NCBI GenBank assembly: GCA_041658125.1
Contig: JBBAAS010000002.1
Coordinates: 8,951-72,950 of the forward strand
Source: Candidatus Shapirobacteria bacterium
Lineage (GTDB): Bacteria; Patescibacteriota; Microgenomatia; UBA12405
Reading direction: 5' to 3'
Length of the DNA stretch: 64,000 bases
The notes beneath the pieces are model-generated. The model did not search any database. It was not told the DNA's origin and saw only the letters and a list, made by a program, of their open reading frames with translations. A program made the translations under genes and the position numbers. This document shows positions 1-10,725 of the stretch, piece after piece. How positions within the stretch are numbered: position 1 is the stretch's first letter; the number at the start of each line of letters is the position of its first letter.

Positions 1-1660
<1,660 letters not shown>

Positions 1661-1733
1661 CTAAATCTCCCTTTGAAGAAAGGGAGACTTGTTAGATTAT
1701 TTGGTTAATTTTTAACATTTAATAAAAAATAAA

Positions 1734-2033
1734 TTACTTAATGACAGCCATTATGTCGTCGAATTTTAAAATTAAGTATTCTTCGGTACCATCTTTATAT
1801 TCTTTGCCGCCCCATTCACGGTAAACAACAACGTCGTCAACGGCACAGGGAGCAGAAATTTCCCGTTTATCCTGATAAACAGAATCGCCAACGGCTAAAA
1901 CAGTCCCTTGTTGGGGCTTGTCTTCGTGAGAATCGGGTAAAACGATACCGGAAGCAGTGGTTTTATCCTGTTTTTGAGGCTTAACTAAAAGGTAACCGGG
2001 GACGGGATGAATACGGATAGTTGATTTGGACAT
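1734..2033 (-). CDS. groES: Co-chaperonin GroES (Cpn10)
   Basis: 99 aa. Sequence IRIHPVPGYLLVKP...ASGIVLPDS...GTVLAVG...YKDGTEEYLIL is typical GroES. It lies immediately upstream of groEL on the same strand. Confidence 0.9.
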   Translation of the reverse strand: MSKSTIRIHPVPGYLLVKPQKQDKTTASGIVLPDSHEDKPQQGTVLAVGDSVYQDKREISAPCAVDDVVVYREWGGKEYKDGTEEYLILKFDDIMAVIK

Positions 2034-2050
2034 AGATGGTTAATTAATAA

Positions 2051-2083
2051 ATAGCACTAAATTTTTCGACTGCTAATATTATA
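2051..2083 (-). promoter_or_regulatory. Degenerate CIRCE (HrcA operator)-like inverted repeat plus -10 box upstream of groES
   Basis: ATAGCACTA-N9-ACTGCTAAT at 2051-2077 matches the consensus TTAGCACTC-N9-GAGTGCTAA at 7/9 plus 7/9 positions with the correct 9-nt spacer. A minus-strand TATAAT at 2078-2083 is directly adjacent. Confidence 0.5.
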
Positions 2084-2097
2084 GCGAGGAAGGGGGT

Positions 2098-2463
2098 TTG
2101 GTCAAGGGGCAAAGTGGTAAAATCGGAGAAATGCCAAAAGAAAACAGAACAGAAAGGTACGGAAGGGCGTTAGCTAACTGGATTAATTTTACGATAGGAT
2201 CAATCCCAGAGACAGAGAAAACTGTCTACCGGCAAACAGTTATCGAGGGGCTAGAAAATTTTGCAGTAGTACCAAGAAAAAGAGGCGAACCAAATGGAAA
2301 TTCTTGTGAACTTGAAGGCATGGAGGAGATTGAGATAAGAAATCCGGAAAATTTAGTGAAAATAATACGGGAGGGAATTCACTTGATGTATCAAAAAGAT
2401 ATAGCAAGAAGAGTGGTGAAGGCAACACTGCAGGAACTTAAGAGGGGTAAAATTGATCAATGA
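2098..2463 (+). CDS. Hypothetical protein
   Basis: 121-aa ORF with no recognisable motif. It overlaps the start of the next gene by 4 nt. Confidence 0.35.
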   Translation: MVKGQSGKIGEMPKENRTERYGRALANWINFTIGSIPETEKTVYRQTVIEGLENFAVVPRKRGEPNGNSCELEGMEEIEIRNPENLVKIIREGIHLMYQKDIARRVVKATLQELKRGKIDQ

Positions 2464-3263
2464 AATTAGTAAAAACAAAACTTGACGGAAGAGAGTTTTG
2501 GTATCGGGAGGATGACAGGTATATCGGGCAAAGAATTGCCTTAGAAAAATATGAGCCGTATTTGACGAAATTGATTTTGGAAAATATTGATATTAATAGT
2601 ATGGCGGTGGATGTGGGAGCAAATATTGGCTATTACACGGTATTATTGGCGAATAAAATTAAAAATGTCTGGGCGGTGGAACCGGAAGAAAAAACATTTG
2701 AAATATTAACGAAAAATTGTGAAGAGTTAAAAAATGTAAATTTAATAAAGGCGGCGGCCGGGAGTAAGGATGGAGTAACAGAATTGGAAGTTTCAAAAGA
2801 AAATTATGGAAACCACAGGATAATTTCAAATTTCAAATTTCAAATTTCAAAAACAGAAAAAGTAAAAATAAAAAAACTGGGTAGCTTAGTTAAAGAACAG
2901 GTTGATTTGATGAAGATTGACGTGCAGGGATGGGAAAGCGAGGTGATAAAAGGAGCGAAAGAGTTGATAAAAAAATACAAACCGACGATATTTTTTGAAT
3001 TGTCAAAAAAGGAAAATTATGACAAAGATAAAAAAATGTGGATATTTTTAAAAAATATTTATAAAAATATTTATTTTATTGATGAATATATTCAAATTTA
3101 TTATCCGGTAAGTTTTGAATGGGTAAAAAAGTATGTAGAGAAAAAAGAACAGGGCAATTTGGTGGTATTTCGGGAAAACAATTTGGAAACAAAATGGGGA
3201 GGAATAAAGGATTTTTGGCCGAAAAAATGGATAAAAAGAATTATCGGCAGACTGGAAACTTAA
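2460..3263 (+). CDS. FkbM-family SAM-dependent methyltransferase
   Basis: VDVGANIGYYT glycine-rich SAM motif typical of the FkbM family. It contains an in-frame (AATTTCA)x3 repeat encoding ISNFKFQISK. Confidence 0.65.
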   Translation: MKLVKTKLDGREFWYREDDRYIGQRIALEKYEPYLTKLILENIDINSMAVDVGANIGYYTVLLANKIKNVWAVEPEEKTFEILTKNCEELKNVNLIKAAAGSKDGVTELEVSKENYGNHRIISNFKFQISKTEKVKIKKLGSLVKEQVDLMKIDVQGWESEVIKGAKELIKKYKPTIFFELSKKENYDKDKKMWIFLKNIYKNIYFIDEYIQIYYPVSFEWVKKYVEKKEQGNLVVFRENNLETKWGGIKDFWPKKWIKRIIGRLET

Positions 3264-3281
3264 ATAGGATATAATTTTGAC

Positions 3282-4589
3282 ATGGCAAAAATCAAAAACA
3301 TCAAAGCAAGAGAAATTTTAGCGTCGGGAGGAGAACCGACTTTAGAAGCTACAGTAATTTTAGAGAATGGAACTGTGGGCGAAGCGTCAGTCCCCTATGG
3401 GGCATCGGCAGGAAGCCATGAAGCAACAGTACTTTTTGACGGCGATAAAAACCGGTATAACGGCAAGGGAATGTTAAAAGCGGTAGCTAATATTAATGAA
3501 ATTTTAGCCAAAGAAGTGGTGGGGATAGAAGCCGAAGATCAAAGAAAAATTGATGAAAAAATGATTTTAATTGATGGAACGGAATATAAGTCCAAAATCG
3601 GAGGCAATGCGATGCTGGGAGTATCCATGGCTGTGGCCCGAGCGGCGGCCGAGGAAAAGAAACTACCGTTATATGAATATTTGAGAAAATCTTTTGGAAC
3701 GGATAATGAAAAAATAAAATTGCCAAGACCGATGACCGTGATGATTGAAGGAGGAAAACATGCCGATAATTCGACCGATTTACAGGAATATATAGTGTCA
3801 ATGCAACTGAACGACAGTGCCTCGGAAAATATCAGAAGAGAAATGGAAATATACGGAAAACTTAAGGCGTTGTTTAAAGAAATGAGACTGAATATTAATG
3901 TCGGAAATGAAGGTGCGTTTGCCTATGCCGGAGTAAAACAACCGGACGTGACGATAACCGGGGCGTTTGCACCATTGGCGATGAAATCAAACGAGGAGCC
4001 GCTTGGGTTATTATTAAAAGCAATTGAAATGGCCGGGTATAAACCGGGAGTAGAAGCGGCATTGTCAATTGATGCGGCGGCATCGGAATTTTTTGAAGAT
4101 GGAAAATATCACTTGAAAACGGAAAACAGAGTGTTAACCGGAGATGAATTAATTGATTATTACGTATCGTGGCTGAATAAATATCCGATTGTAACGATAG
4201 AAGATATGATGGCTGAAGATGATTGGGAGAATTGGGTAAAACTGACAGCCAAGGTCAACGGCGAAGCGACAGTGATTGCCGATGATTTGACGGTAACCAA
4301 TGTTAAAAGATGGCAAAAGGCAATTGAAATGAAAGCGGCGACGGCAATCTTGATTAAATTAAATCAGGCGGGAACAGTGACGGAAACAGTCGATTGTTGT
4401 CTGTTGGCCAAAAAACACGGATTAATGACAGTACCGTCACACCGGGGTGGTGGCGAAACAAATGATACATTTATGGTCGATTTGGCGGTAGCGATGGGGA
4501 GTGAATATATCAAAGTAGGTCCAACGCGAGGTGAAAGAGTCTGCAAATATAACAGACTGATGAGAATAGAAGAAGAGCTGAAGGGCTAG
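3282..4589 (+). CDS. eno: Enolase (phosphopyruvate hydratase)
   Basis: 435 aa. N-terminus IKNIKAREILASGGEPTLEATV and the C-terminal SHRGGGETNDTFMVDLAVAMG motif are both enolase hallmarks. Confidence 0.95.
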   Translation: MAKIKNIKAREILASGGEPTLEATVILENGTVGEASVPYGASAGSHEATVLFDGDKNRYNGKGMLKAVANINEILAKEVVGIEAEDQRKIDEKMILIDGTEYKSKIGGNAMLGVSMAVARAAAEEKKLPLYEYLRKSFGTDNEKIKLPRPMTVMIEGGKHADNSTDLQEYIVSMQLNDSASENIRREMEIYGKLKALFKEMRLNINVGNEGAFAYAGVKQPDVTITGAFAPLAMKSNEEPLGLLLKAIEMAGYKPGVEAALSIDAAASEFFEDGKYHLKTENRVLTGDELIDYYVSWLNKYPIVTIEDMMAEDDWENWVKLTAKVNGEATVIADDLTVTNVKRWQKAIEMKAATAILIKLNQAGTVTETVDCCLLAKKHGLMTVPSHRGGGETNDTFMVDLAVAMGSEYIKVGPTRGERVCKYNRLMRIEEELKG

Positions 4590-5188
4590 ATTTCGTACTG
4601 AAAAAATTGATCGTAGGGAATAGTCCAGGAACAGGCATCAGATTCGGTTGCGTTTTCCATAATTTTTCGGAATAAGCGAATAGAATTGCTGCTACCGGAA
4701 ATGGCAATATGGGTATCTTTGCCGGAATAATTAGCTTTTAGGTCGTCGATAAAAGATTGGAGGCGGACTTGAACGTCAGCATAGCTTTCCCCGGCCGGGG
4801 GGCGATCAGTCCAACCGCGGTGCCATTTATCAAACTGCTCTTGACCATATTGGCCGATAATTTCCTGATGAGGATGACCGGAAAGATCACCATAATTTCT
4901 TTCCAAAATACGGTCATCGACAATAGTTTTTTGACATTCGGGATGATATTGGAGAATGATCTTCAAAGTTTCCTGACAGCGTTTAAGATGGGAAACATAA
5001 GCCAAATCGATTTTTTTGTCCTGAAGAAGAAGAGAAAGGCCTTGTGCTTGCTGCCGACCTAAATCGGTAAGATTGGATTCCAGCCAACCGGTAAAAACTT
5101 TATTTAAATTGTAATCAGTTTGACCGTGACGAAAAATGTAGATGGTAGACATATGCTTAATTTTTAATTTATAATTTTTAATTTTCAA
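4586..5188 (-). CDS. Histidine phosphatase superfamily protein (phosphoglycerate mutase family)
   Basis: IYIFRHGQTDYN carries the RHG catalytic motif. An alternative start at MSTIYIF (about 5152) would give a canonical N-terminus. The track start at 5188 would form an ATGA overlap with the upstream AlkD stop. Confidence 0.7.
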   Translation of the reverse strand: MKIKNYKLKIKHMSTIYIFRHGQTDYNLNKVFTGWLESNLTDLGRQQAQGLSLLLQDKKIDLAYVSHLKRCQETLKIILQYHPECQKTIVDDRILERNYGDLSGHPHQEIIGQYGQEQFDKWHRGWTDRPPAGESYADVQVRLQSFIDDLKANYSGKDTHIAISGSSNSIRLFRKIMENATESDACSWTIPYDQFFQYEI

Positions 5189-5892
5189 GAGGATAAATGT
5201 AGATAGTATTGTCTTTGAGCTTCCGGGAGCTTTTCAATAGAGTAGCGGAGGGCCGTGCGGGGAAGACGGGTGGCATACTCGTCAAGAAAATTTAGCAGGG
5301 TTTTTAAGTCGCACTTACCGACCTCGCGGAGCATCCAACCGACGGCTTTATGGAGGAGATCTTCGGGGTCATTAATGAGAGTCTTACTGATAGCTAAAGT
5401 GTCGCCAAACTGACCGTTTTTGATAAAAGTAAGGGTGGAAATGATGGAAATACGGCGTTCCCATATGCTTTTGGATTGGGACAAAGTTGTTAGTATTGAT
5501 CTATTTATTTGTTCTAAAAGATAAGCGCCGACAATATTGAGAGCGGAAATGTCAACCAGATCCCAATTGTTGATGCGGGAAGTGTGTTTTAGATAAAAAT
5601 TAAAAATGCTTTTTTGTTGATTTTTAAATTTGGAAAATTGATGACAAAGGGAGGCGAGAGCGACAGTCCGATGTTCATGATAAGGACTTCGGAGCAATTG
5701 ATCGAGGTCGGCAAGGGTTAAAGATTGCCAATATTTTTTGACAACCGAGCGGATTTGAGGAACGGTCAGACCTAAAAATTGATCCCCGGCTCCATATTGG
5801 CCGGGAGCGGTTTTGAAGAAACGCTTAAAGATTAAAACTTTGGCGGGGTTAGAAAGGGATTGGAGTTCGGAGAGAACATCGTTAATAACCAT
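5185..5892 (-). CDS. DNA alkylation repair enzyme (AlkD/AlkC-like HEAT-repeat protein)
   Basis: 235 aa. The all-helical repeat pattern with a WMLREVGK-like motif is typical of the DNA alkylation repair family. Confidence 0.6.
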   Translation of the reverse strand: MVINDVLSELQSLSNPAKVLIFKRFFKTAPGQYGAGDQFLGLTVPQIRSVVKKYWQSLTLADLDQLLRSPYHEHRTVALASLCHQFSKFKNQQKSIFNFYLKHTSRINNWDLVDISALNIVGAYLLEQINRSILTTLSQSKSIWERRISIISTLTFIKNGQFGDTLAISKTLINDPEDLLHKAVGWMLREVGKCDLKTLLNFLDEYATRLPRTALRYSIEKLPEAQRQYYLHLSS

Positions 5893-6036
5893 TTTGGCGG
5901 AAGGAGAGGGAGTCGGACCCTCATGTCCTTTCGGGCGCGGGTTTAGCGAACCCGTGGCTTACCATTCGCCGCATCCTTCCAAAAGTAGATACTATTATAC
6001 TATGCCAGATAGCCTTCGTTATGTTATATTTTATCA

Positions 6037-6582
6037 ATGGCTGATTCCTCAAAAAGTATCAAAATTGACAACTTCGAAGAAATCAACGAGGAAAAGTCTC
6101 TTTTTGAGTGGGATGCTCCCGAACGTGCCTTTCAAAAACGGAACCGTGATTTTTGGATTACTGCCATTGCTATTTTAGTTTTAGTCTCGGTCATCCTGTT
6201 TTTTATCAAAGAAATGTTTTTAATTATTGCCCTTGGTTCGGTTTTATTCCTCTATTACGTTTTGTCTACTATCCCTCCGGAAAATACTCACTACAAAATC
6301 ACCAACCGCGGTCTTTATTTTGGTGAAGCTTTTTACCCATGGAGCTGGGTTTCCCGGTTTTGGTTTAAAACCAGTTTAAGTAGCCTTTTACTAGAACTGG
6401 AGACCAATCTTCGTTTTCCCCGTCAAATATCACTCGTTATTCACCAAGAGGACGAAGAAATTCTTAAAAAAATTATTCTCAAACGCCTTCCTATGGTTGC
6501 CAGTTCTCCTACATTTATCGACAAATTAACGAAGTGGTTTTCGGAACGTCTGCCTTTGGAAAATAGGGAAAAAACGAAGTAA
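6037..6582 (+). CDS. Hypothetical membrane protein
   Basis: 181 aa with two predicted TM helices (ITAIAILVLVSVILFFIKEMFLIIALGSVLFLYYV). Confidence 0.4.
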   Translation: MADSSKSIKIDNFEEINEEKSLFEWDAPERAFQKRNRDFWITAIAILVLVSVILFFIKEMFLIIALGSVLFLYYVLSTIPPENTHYKITNRGLYFGEAFYPWSWVSRFWFKTSLSSLLLELETNLRFPRQISLVIHQEDEEILKKIILKRLPMVASSPTFIDKLTKWFSERLPLENREKTK

Positions 6583-6607
6583 TTAAGGTATAATCAGAAA
6601 GTTGCAC

Positions 6608-6682
6608 GCGCCCATAGTTTAATGGATAGAATAGCGGTTTGCGGAACCGTTGATCTGAGTTCGATTCTCAGTAGGCGCACCA
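6608..6682 (+). tRNA. tRNA-Arg (anticodon GCG, tentative), CCA encoded
   Basis: Cloverleaf folded by hand. T arm CTGAG-TTCGATT-CTCAG. D arm GTTT/GAAT with loop AATGGATA. Anticodon stem GCGGT/ACCGT with loop TTGCGGA. The acceptor stem has one C:A mismatch at 6:67. The 3' end is GCACCA. Confidence 0.65.
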
Positions 6683-6685
6683 CTT

Positions 6686-6770
6686 GGAGGGTGGGCAGGA
6701 TGGTAATGCGCTGGTTTCGAAAACCAGTGTCCGCAAGGACTAACAGGTTCGACTCCTGTACCCTCCGCCA
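6686..6770 (+). tRNA. tRNA-Ser (anticodon CGA), CCA encoded
   Basis: Perfect 7-bp acceptor stem GGAGGGT/ACCCTCC with discriminator G. Anticodon stem CTGGT/ACCAG with loop TTCGAAA. Long variable arm with GTCC-GCAA-GGAC. T arm CAGG-TTCGACT-CCTG. Confidence 0.85.
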
Positions 6771-6848
6771 ACTGGGAAAAGCGGGCGAATTCAGCAAAAT
6801 TCGCCAGCCAATATTGCCCTGAAATCCGAAATTTTTATCTTTTAAAAC
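6765..6848. repeat. IR-A left copy (84 bp), overlaps the last 6 nt of tRNA-Ser
   Basis: Exact reverse complement of 8226-8309 by direct base-by-base comparison. It contains an internal hairpin GGCGAATT-CAGCAA-AATTCGCC. Confidence 0.9.
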
Positions 6849-7073
6849 GAAGTTCGAGCCGATATTTTTTAAGAAACTCCTAAATTCATAAGGATTGTTT
6901 TTCTTCAATAACATTTTGGCTTGGCTGGCGGATAAAATCATTTCTTTCACAAGTTCGAGCCAATTATTTCCTTTTGATTCAAAATCTTTTAAACCCTGCT
7001 CGATGACAGCTTGTTGATTGATAAACAAATTTTTCTTGGTAAGGTATTGTCGGTTGTCAATTAAGTTGTCGAG

Positions 7074-8201
7074 TCAGAAATTTAGCAGGTCGTCGAGTTT
7101 CCGATTGATTTCCACTTTTTGGGATAAAAGATTTTGAATCAATGGTTGAGACTGATTTTTAGCTTGATTGGTTTCTTTGTCCAACTCTACCAACATCTTT
7201 TTTACCCAGTCTTTAGGCAAAGAAACTTTTTGAATTTTGATTTTGATTTGGTTGATCAATTCTTCCTCTCGCAAATATTTTTCGGGACAATTACCTTTCT
7301 TTTTGGTACAACGATAATAGTTGTGGCCTTTTTGAGTTTCGGCAGTAATTAAGCAACCACAGCCACCACACCTCATTAGTCCCGAAAAAATAAACTCGTG
7401 TTTACGTTTTCGTTGTTTTTTGCCACGGTTACTCATCACCTCTGCTACTAAATCAAAAAGTTTCTTAGAAATAATTGGCTCATGAACTCCTTTGTATAAT
7501 TCACCATTGAATCGAATCAGTCCGTAATAAATTGGATTTTGCAACATAAATTGGACACGGGATTCAGATAAAGTTTTATCCTTGTAACTTTTAAGGTTTG
7601 ACTTAGCGAAAAATCCGGCAATACCTTTCAGGGTACAATCTCCCGATGAGTACATTTCAAATGCCTTTTTAATTAACTTTGCCTTGGGTATATCAATATC
7701 AATTCCTTTGGTTTTACGATTATTGATGTAGCCTATCGGTGCAAAAGACGGCCACAAACCATTCTTTAATTTTTGTCTAATTCCTCGCCGGATATTTTCG
7801 CTTAAATTGTCAACATAATATTTACTCTGACCAAAGGCAATATTTAACATAAACTTTCCCTGTGGAGTTGAGTCAAACCAAAAAGTGGGAAACTTTAAAT
7901 CAAGAATTTTCCCCGTGTCCAATAAATAAATGATTTTTCCGCCATCAATAGAATTTCTTGCCAATCTATCAGGGTGCCATGCAACAATGCCCTGCGCTTC
8001 GCCCTTTTCCATTCTTTCAATCATTTGATTAAAAACAATCCTTCCTGGTTTCTTGGCAGTTTTTGCCTCGGTAAACGAGGCAACGATTTCAATTTTTTGA
8101 ATTGTGGCAAATTCTTTTAATTCAGCAATTTGATCGCCAATACTTTTGATTTGTCTTTCCTCACTGTCAGTTGATTTTCTAGCGTATAAAAAGTATTTCA
8201 T
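7074..8201 (-). CDS. Large serine recombinase (resolvase/integrase family)
   Basis: 375 aa. N-terminal YARKSTDSEE...DRLARN serine-recombinase catalytic motifs. Recombinase domain and a zinc ribbon CGGCGC...YYRC...C, followed by a C-terminal coiled coil. Confidence 0.85.
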   Translation of the reverse strand: MKYFLYARKSTDSEERQIKSIGDQIAELKEFATIQKIEIVASFTEAKTAKKPGRIVFNQMIERMEKGEAQGIVAWHPDRLARNSIDGGKIIYLLDTGKILDLKFPTFWFDSTPQGKFMLNIAFGQSKYYVDNLSENIRRGIRQKLKNGLWPSFAPIGYINNRKTKGIDIDIPKAKLIKKAFEMYSSGDCTLKGIAGFFAKSNLKSYKDKTLSESRVQFMLQNPIYYGLIRFNGELYKGVHEPIISKKLFDLVAEVMSNRGKKQRKRKHEFIFSGLMRCGGCGCLITAETQKGHNYYRCTKKKGNCPEKYLREEELINQIKIKIQKVSLPKDWVKKMLVELDKETNQAKNQSQPLIQNLLSQKVEINRKLDDLLNF

Positions 8202-8225
8202 TTTTTTAAGCCCGCATTTGGCCTT

Positions 8226-8309
8226 GTTTTAAAAGATAAAAATTTCGGATTTCAGGGCAATATTGGCTGGCGAATTTTGCTGAATTCGCCCGCTTTTCCC
8301 AGTTGGCGG
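8226..8309. repeat. IR-A right copy (84 bp)
   Basis: Reverse complement of 6765-6848. It abuts IR-B and overlaps it by 4 nt. Confidence 0.9.
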
Positions 8310-8424
8310 TGTGCATTCGAAAAAATTCGAACAGAATTTTTAAATTTATAATGACGGGCGAGGTCGCCCCCACCCGACCTGCCCGCCGTGGTGGGACTGC
8401 CCGCAAAAAACAGAGGATTTCAAT
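8306..8424. repeat. IR-B left copy (119 bp) with GC-rich structured core
   Basis: Reverse complement of 13398-13516 with one mismatch at 8412. The core at 8356-8404 contains the hairpin GGGCG-AGGT-CGCCC, the dyad CCCACC...GGTGGG and a tandem CTGCCCGC. Confidence 0.9.
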
Positions 8425-8496
8425 AAAACTGCCAAAATATCGGCTCAAACTTCTTTCGGGCCAAATGCGGGCCTTTGAAAAAATTAATATTCCACT

Positions 8497-8766
8497 TTGG
8501 CATATTACATTATGGAATATATGATAGTAATTATCAAGATGATGGATAAAACGATATTTACCAGAGAACATAAGCTACTTACCAAACTACTTAGACAAGC
8601 CCGAATAGACGCGGGTTTGGATCAAATCCAGGTCGCAAAACTTTTGAAAAAAACTCAATCCTATGTATCAAAAATCGAATCAGGCCAAAGAAGAATTGAT
8701 ATTATTCAACTTAAAGAATTCGCCAGAATCTATAAGAAAAACATTAATTATTTTTTAGATAAATAG
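8497..8766 (+). CDS. XRE-family HTH regulator (R-M controller C-protein-like)
   Basis: HTH_XRE signature QIQVAKLLKKTQSYVSKIESGQRRID. A likely start at MMDKTIF gives about 75 aa. It ends 3 nt before the next ORF, which is the typical C-R arrangement. Confidence 0.6.
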   Translation: MAYYIMEYMIVIIKMMDKTIFTREHKLLTKLLRQARIDAGLDQIQVAKLLKKTQSYVSKIESGQRRIDIIQLKEFARIYKKNINYFLDK

Positions 8767-8768
8767 AT

Positions 8769-9608
8769 ATGGATACCCTTTTAACGAAAAAAGATGCAAT
8801 AAAATTGATTGGTTTAGATTCAAAAACTTTTGATAACTACTTTCGAAATGCCGATGAATTTACCAGTCAAAAGAGAATTAATGGTAAAGGTAGATTTTTA
8901 TTCAGTAAAAGTTTGCTTGATAAATGGCTAACTAGTTATGAGTGGAGAACAATTGAACTTACCTACGATGATTATGTGTTGTGTTTAGATTTCGCGTTGG
9001 CTCAGCATTTTCGAGGATATGTTCTATCTGATTGGGGTACTGCCAGACAAAGAGAATTTGGTCAAAAAATTACCAATTGGATAAAGGGTCAATTGGCCGA
9101 AGTAGCAGTAAAAAAATTTTTTAAGAGGGAATTTAACGCTGATATCGAGCTCGATTTTGGAATTCACAAGAATATCGTACCTCAAGATATTATCAGCGTA
9201 TCCATAAATGGATCAAAAAGATTACCCAGGGTTGGTATCGGTATTAAGGCCTCAAAACCAAAAAGTTCATATTTAGTTTTGGGAGAAAATGAAATAATTA
9301 TTTCAGAAAGAAGATCTGACTATTATATTTTTTGCAGGCCGGATATCCCCGATGACCATCTACTTAGACTGACTAAAGAAAAAATAACCAAAATTGTTAG
9401 TCAGCAACCCCATTTTGATAAATATAAAGATGATATTCCAAGTTTCGAAAATATATTCTGTGAGATTAGCGGGTGGTGCGGAGTTGATGAACTTGAAAGG
9501 GTTACAAGTATTCCAGGTCAAGATTTTACGGGGGTTAGGTATGTTAAAAAATCCGGACACTTACACAAAAATAAATCAGATTGGCAGAGATTAATCGACA
9601 AACTTTAA
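8769..9608 (+). CDS. Putative restriction endonuclease with N-terminal excisionase-like (HTH_17) domain
   Basis: N-terminus LLTKKDAIKLIGLDSKTFDNYF...INGKGRFLFSKSLLDKWL fits the HTH_17 pattern. It is convergent with the C5-MTase and directly downstream of the C-protein. The REase assignment is inference from context. Confidence 0.35.
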   Translation: MDTLLTKKDAIKLIGLDSKTFDNYFRNADEFTSQKRINGKGRFLFSKSLLDKWLTSYEWRTIELTYDDYVLCLDFALAQHFRGYVLSDWGTARQREFGQKITNWIKGQLAEVAVKKFFKREFNADIELDFGIHKNIVPQDIISVSINGSKRLPRVGIGIKASKPKSSYLVLGENEIIISERRSDYYIFCRPDIPDDHLLRLTKEKITKIVSQQPHFDKYKDDIPSFENIFCEISGWCGVDELERVTSIPGQDFTGVRYVKKSGHLHKNKSDWQRLIDKL

Positions 9609-9612
9609 AGAC

Positions 9613-10725
9613 CTAAAAAAGTGATTTTTGTCCGTTGCCATTTCCATTGGTCAGTTTTGGTAGCACCCATTCGTAGGGTATTTTGGCAAATGTTTTTAAG
9701 ACAGCTTCTACTATGACTTTTGCACCTTTCGGCGGCACTGCCATTCCGATTTGCTTCCTCACACTTTCCTTTGAACCTTCAAACACAAAATCATCAGGAA
9801 AAGTTTGTATCCTTGCTCTTTCTCTATTAGTCAACGCTCTGTTTTCATTCCAATGATATACATGCGTTCCTCCTCCACCGCTACCGGTAATAGTATACGA
9901 TGGTTTGTCTGGATGGAGTCGACGATATATCTGACTCATCCTAGCACCTTTTACATTTAATCTAAGATATTCTGGAATACCTTCATACCATGCGTTTTCT
10001 CCCGGGGGAATATATTTTAATCTTTCGATGACTAGTTTACCTTGTCTTGTAGTTTCATGGTTTGGAGCACTTGGACTAATTGGAGGGCTTTCAATGGCCT
10101 CTTTTGCTGTCAAGTATTTATTTACGGTTATCGGCTTCGGTACCTTAAACTTAAGTCCTAAATCCTTTCTGATACCTACAATTACCACCCTGTGTCTTGT
10201 TTGAGGTACACCATATTCTTCAAATTTATAAAGATGAGCGGTTATTGTATACCCCTTACCTGCATTTTCTAAATCCTCAAGAATTTTTATAAAAGAGTTT
10301 CCATCGTTAGCACTTTGTATACCACTCACATTTTCAGCCATAAACCACTGTGGATTGCGAATATTAATAGCTTTTAATCCATAGGTATATAAAGGACCGT
10401 ATTTCCCATTGAATCCTTTCTGCTCACCGACAACACTAAAGTCATTACAAGGGAAACCAAAGGCTAGGACGTCAAAATCAGGAACATTATTAAAATCAAT
10501 AGTTTCTACAGGAGCGCAAACAACTTTTGAGGAGGAATCATTATGGTGAATGTTGCGAGCATACGTTTTACAAGTGCTTTCATCTATATCATTGGACCAA
10601 ACTGGTTTGACTTGGATAAGCTTCCCGAACCGATCAATTACTTGAGCTTGTGTTGCACCTAGAGATAACCCCCCTGGACCACAAAACAACTCTGCAAGTT
10701 TGAATGTTTGAGTATTTTTTTTCAT
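9613..10725 (-). CDS. DNA (cytosine-5)-methyltransferase
   Basis: Motif I FCGPGGLSLG, motif IV GFPCNDFS, motif VI ENV, QTRHR. The start is set at MKKNTQ, whose ATG forms an ATGA overlap with the vsr stop. The track ORF extends to 10800. Confidence 0.9.
   Translation of the reverse strand: MKKNTQTFKLAELFCGPGGLSLGATQAQVIDRFGKLIQVKPVWSNDIDESTCKTYARNIHHNDSSSKVVCAPVETIDFNNVPDFDVLAFGFPCNDFSVVGEQKGFNGKYGPLYTYGLKAINIRNPQWFMAENVSGIQSANDGNSFIKILEDLENAGKGYTITAHLYKFEEYGVPQTRHRVVIVGIRKDLGLKFKVPKPITVNKYLTAKEAIESPPISPSAPNHETTRQGKLVIERLKYIPPGENAWYEGIPEYLRLNVKGARMSQIYRRLHPDKPSYTITGSGGGGTHVYHWNENRALTNRERARIQTFPDDFVFEGSKESVRKQIGMAVPPKGAKVIVEAVLKTFAKIPYEWVLPKLTNGNGNGQKSLF

Noticed and set aside
2823-2850. (AATTTCA)x3 heptanucleotide tandem repeat inside the FkbM-methyltransferase gene
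   Set aside because: There are only three copies and they are in frame as a unit triple. That is too short to argue for slipped-strand phase variation. I note it but do not call it a contingency locus.
6594-7028. Track ORFs 6594-7028 (-) and 6622-6822 (+) overlapping the two tRNA genes and IR-A
   Set aside because: They run straight through tRNA-Arg, tRNA-Ser and the inverted repeat. Only the first 60 codons or so (7028 to about 6850), downstream of the recombinase, could be a real small ORF, possibly an RDF-like remnant truncated by IR-A. There is no motif support.
8206-8571. Track ORFs 8206-8571 (-), 8303-8524 (+) and 13373-13561 (-) sharing the peptide AVCIRKNSNRIFKFIMTGEVAPTRPARRGGTARKK
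   Set aside because: The shared peptide is simply the translation of the two IR-B copies. The ORFs span repeat DNA and intergenic space, so they are not called as genes.
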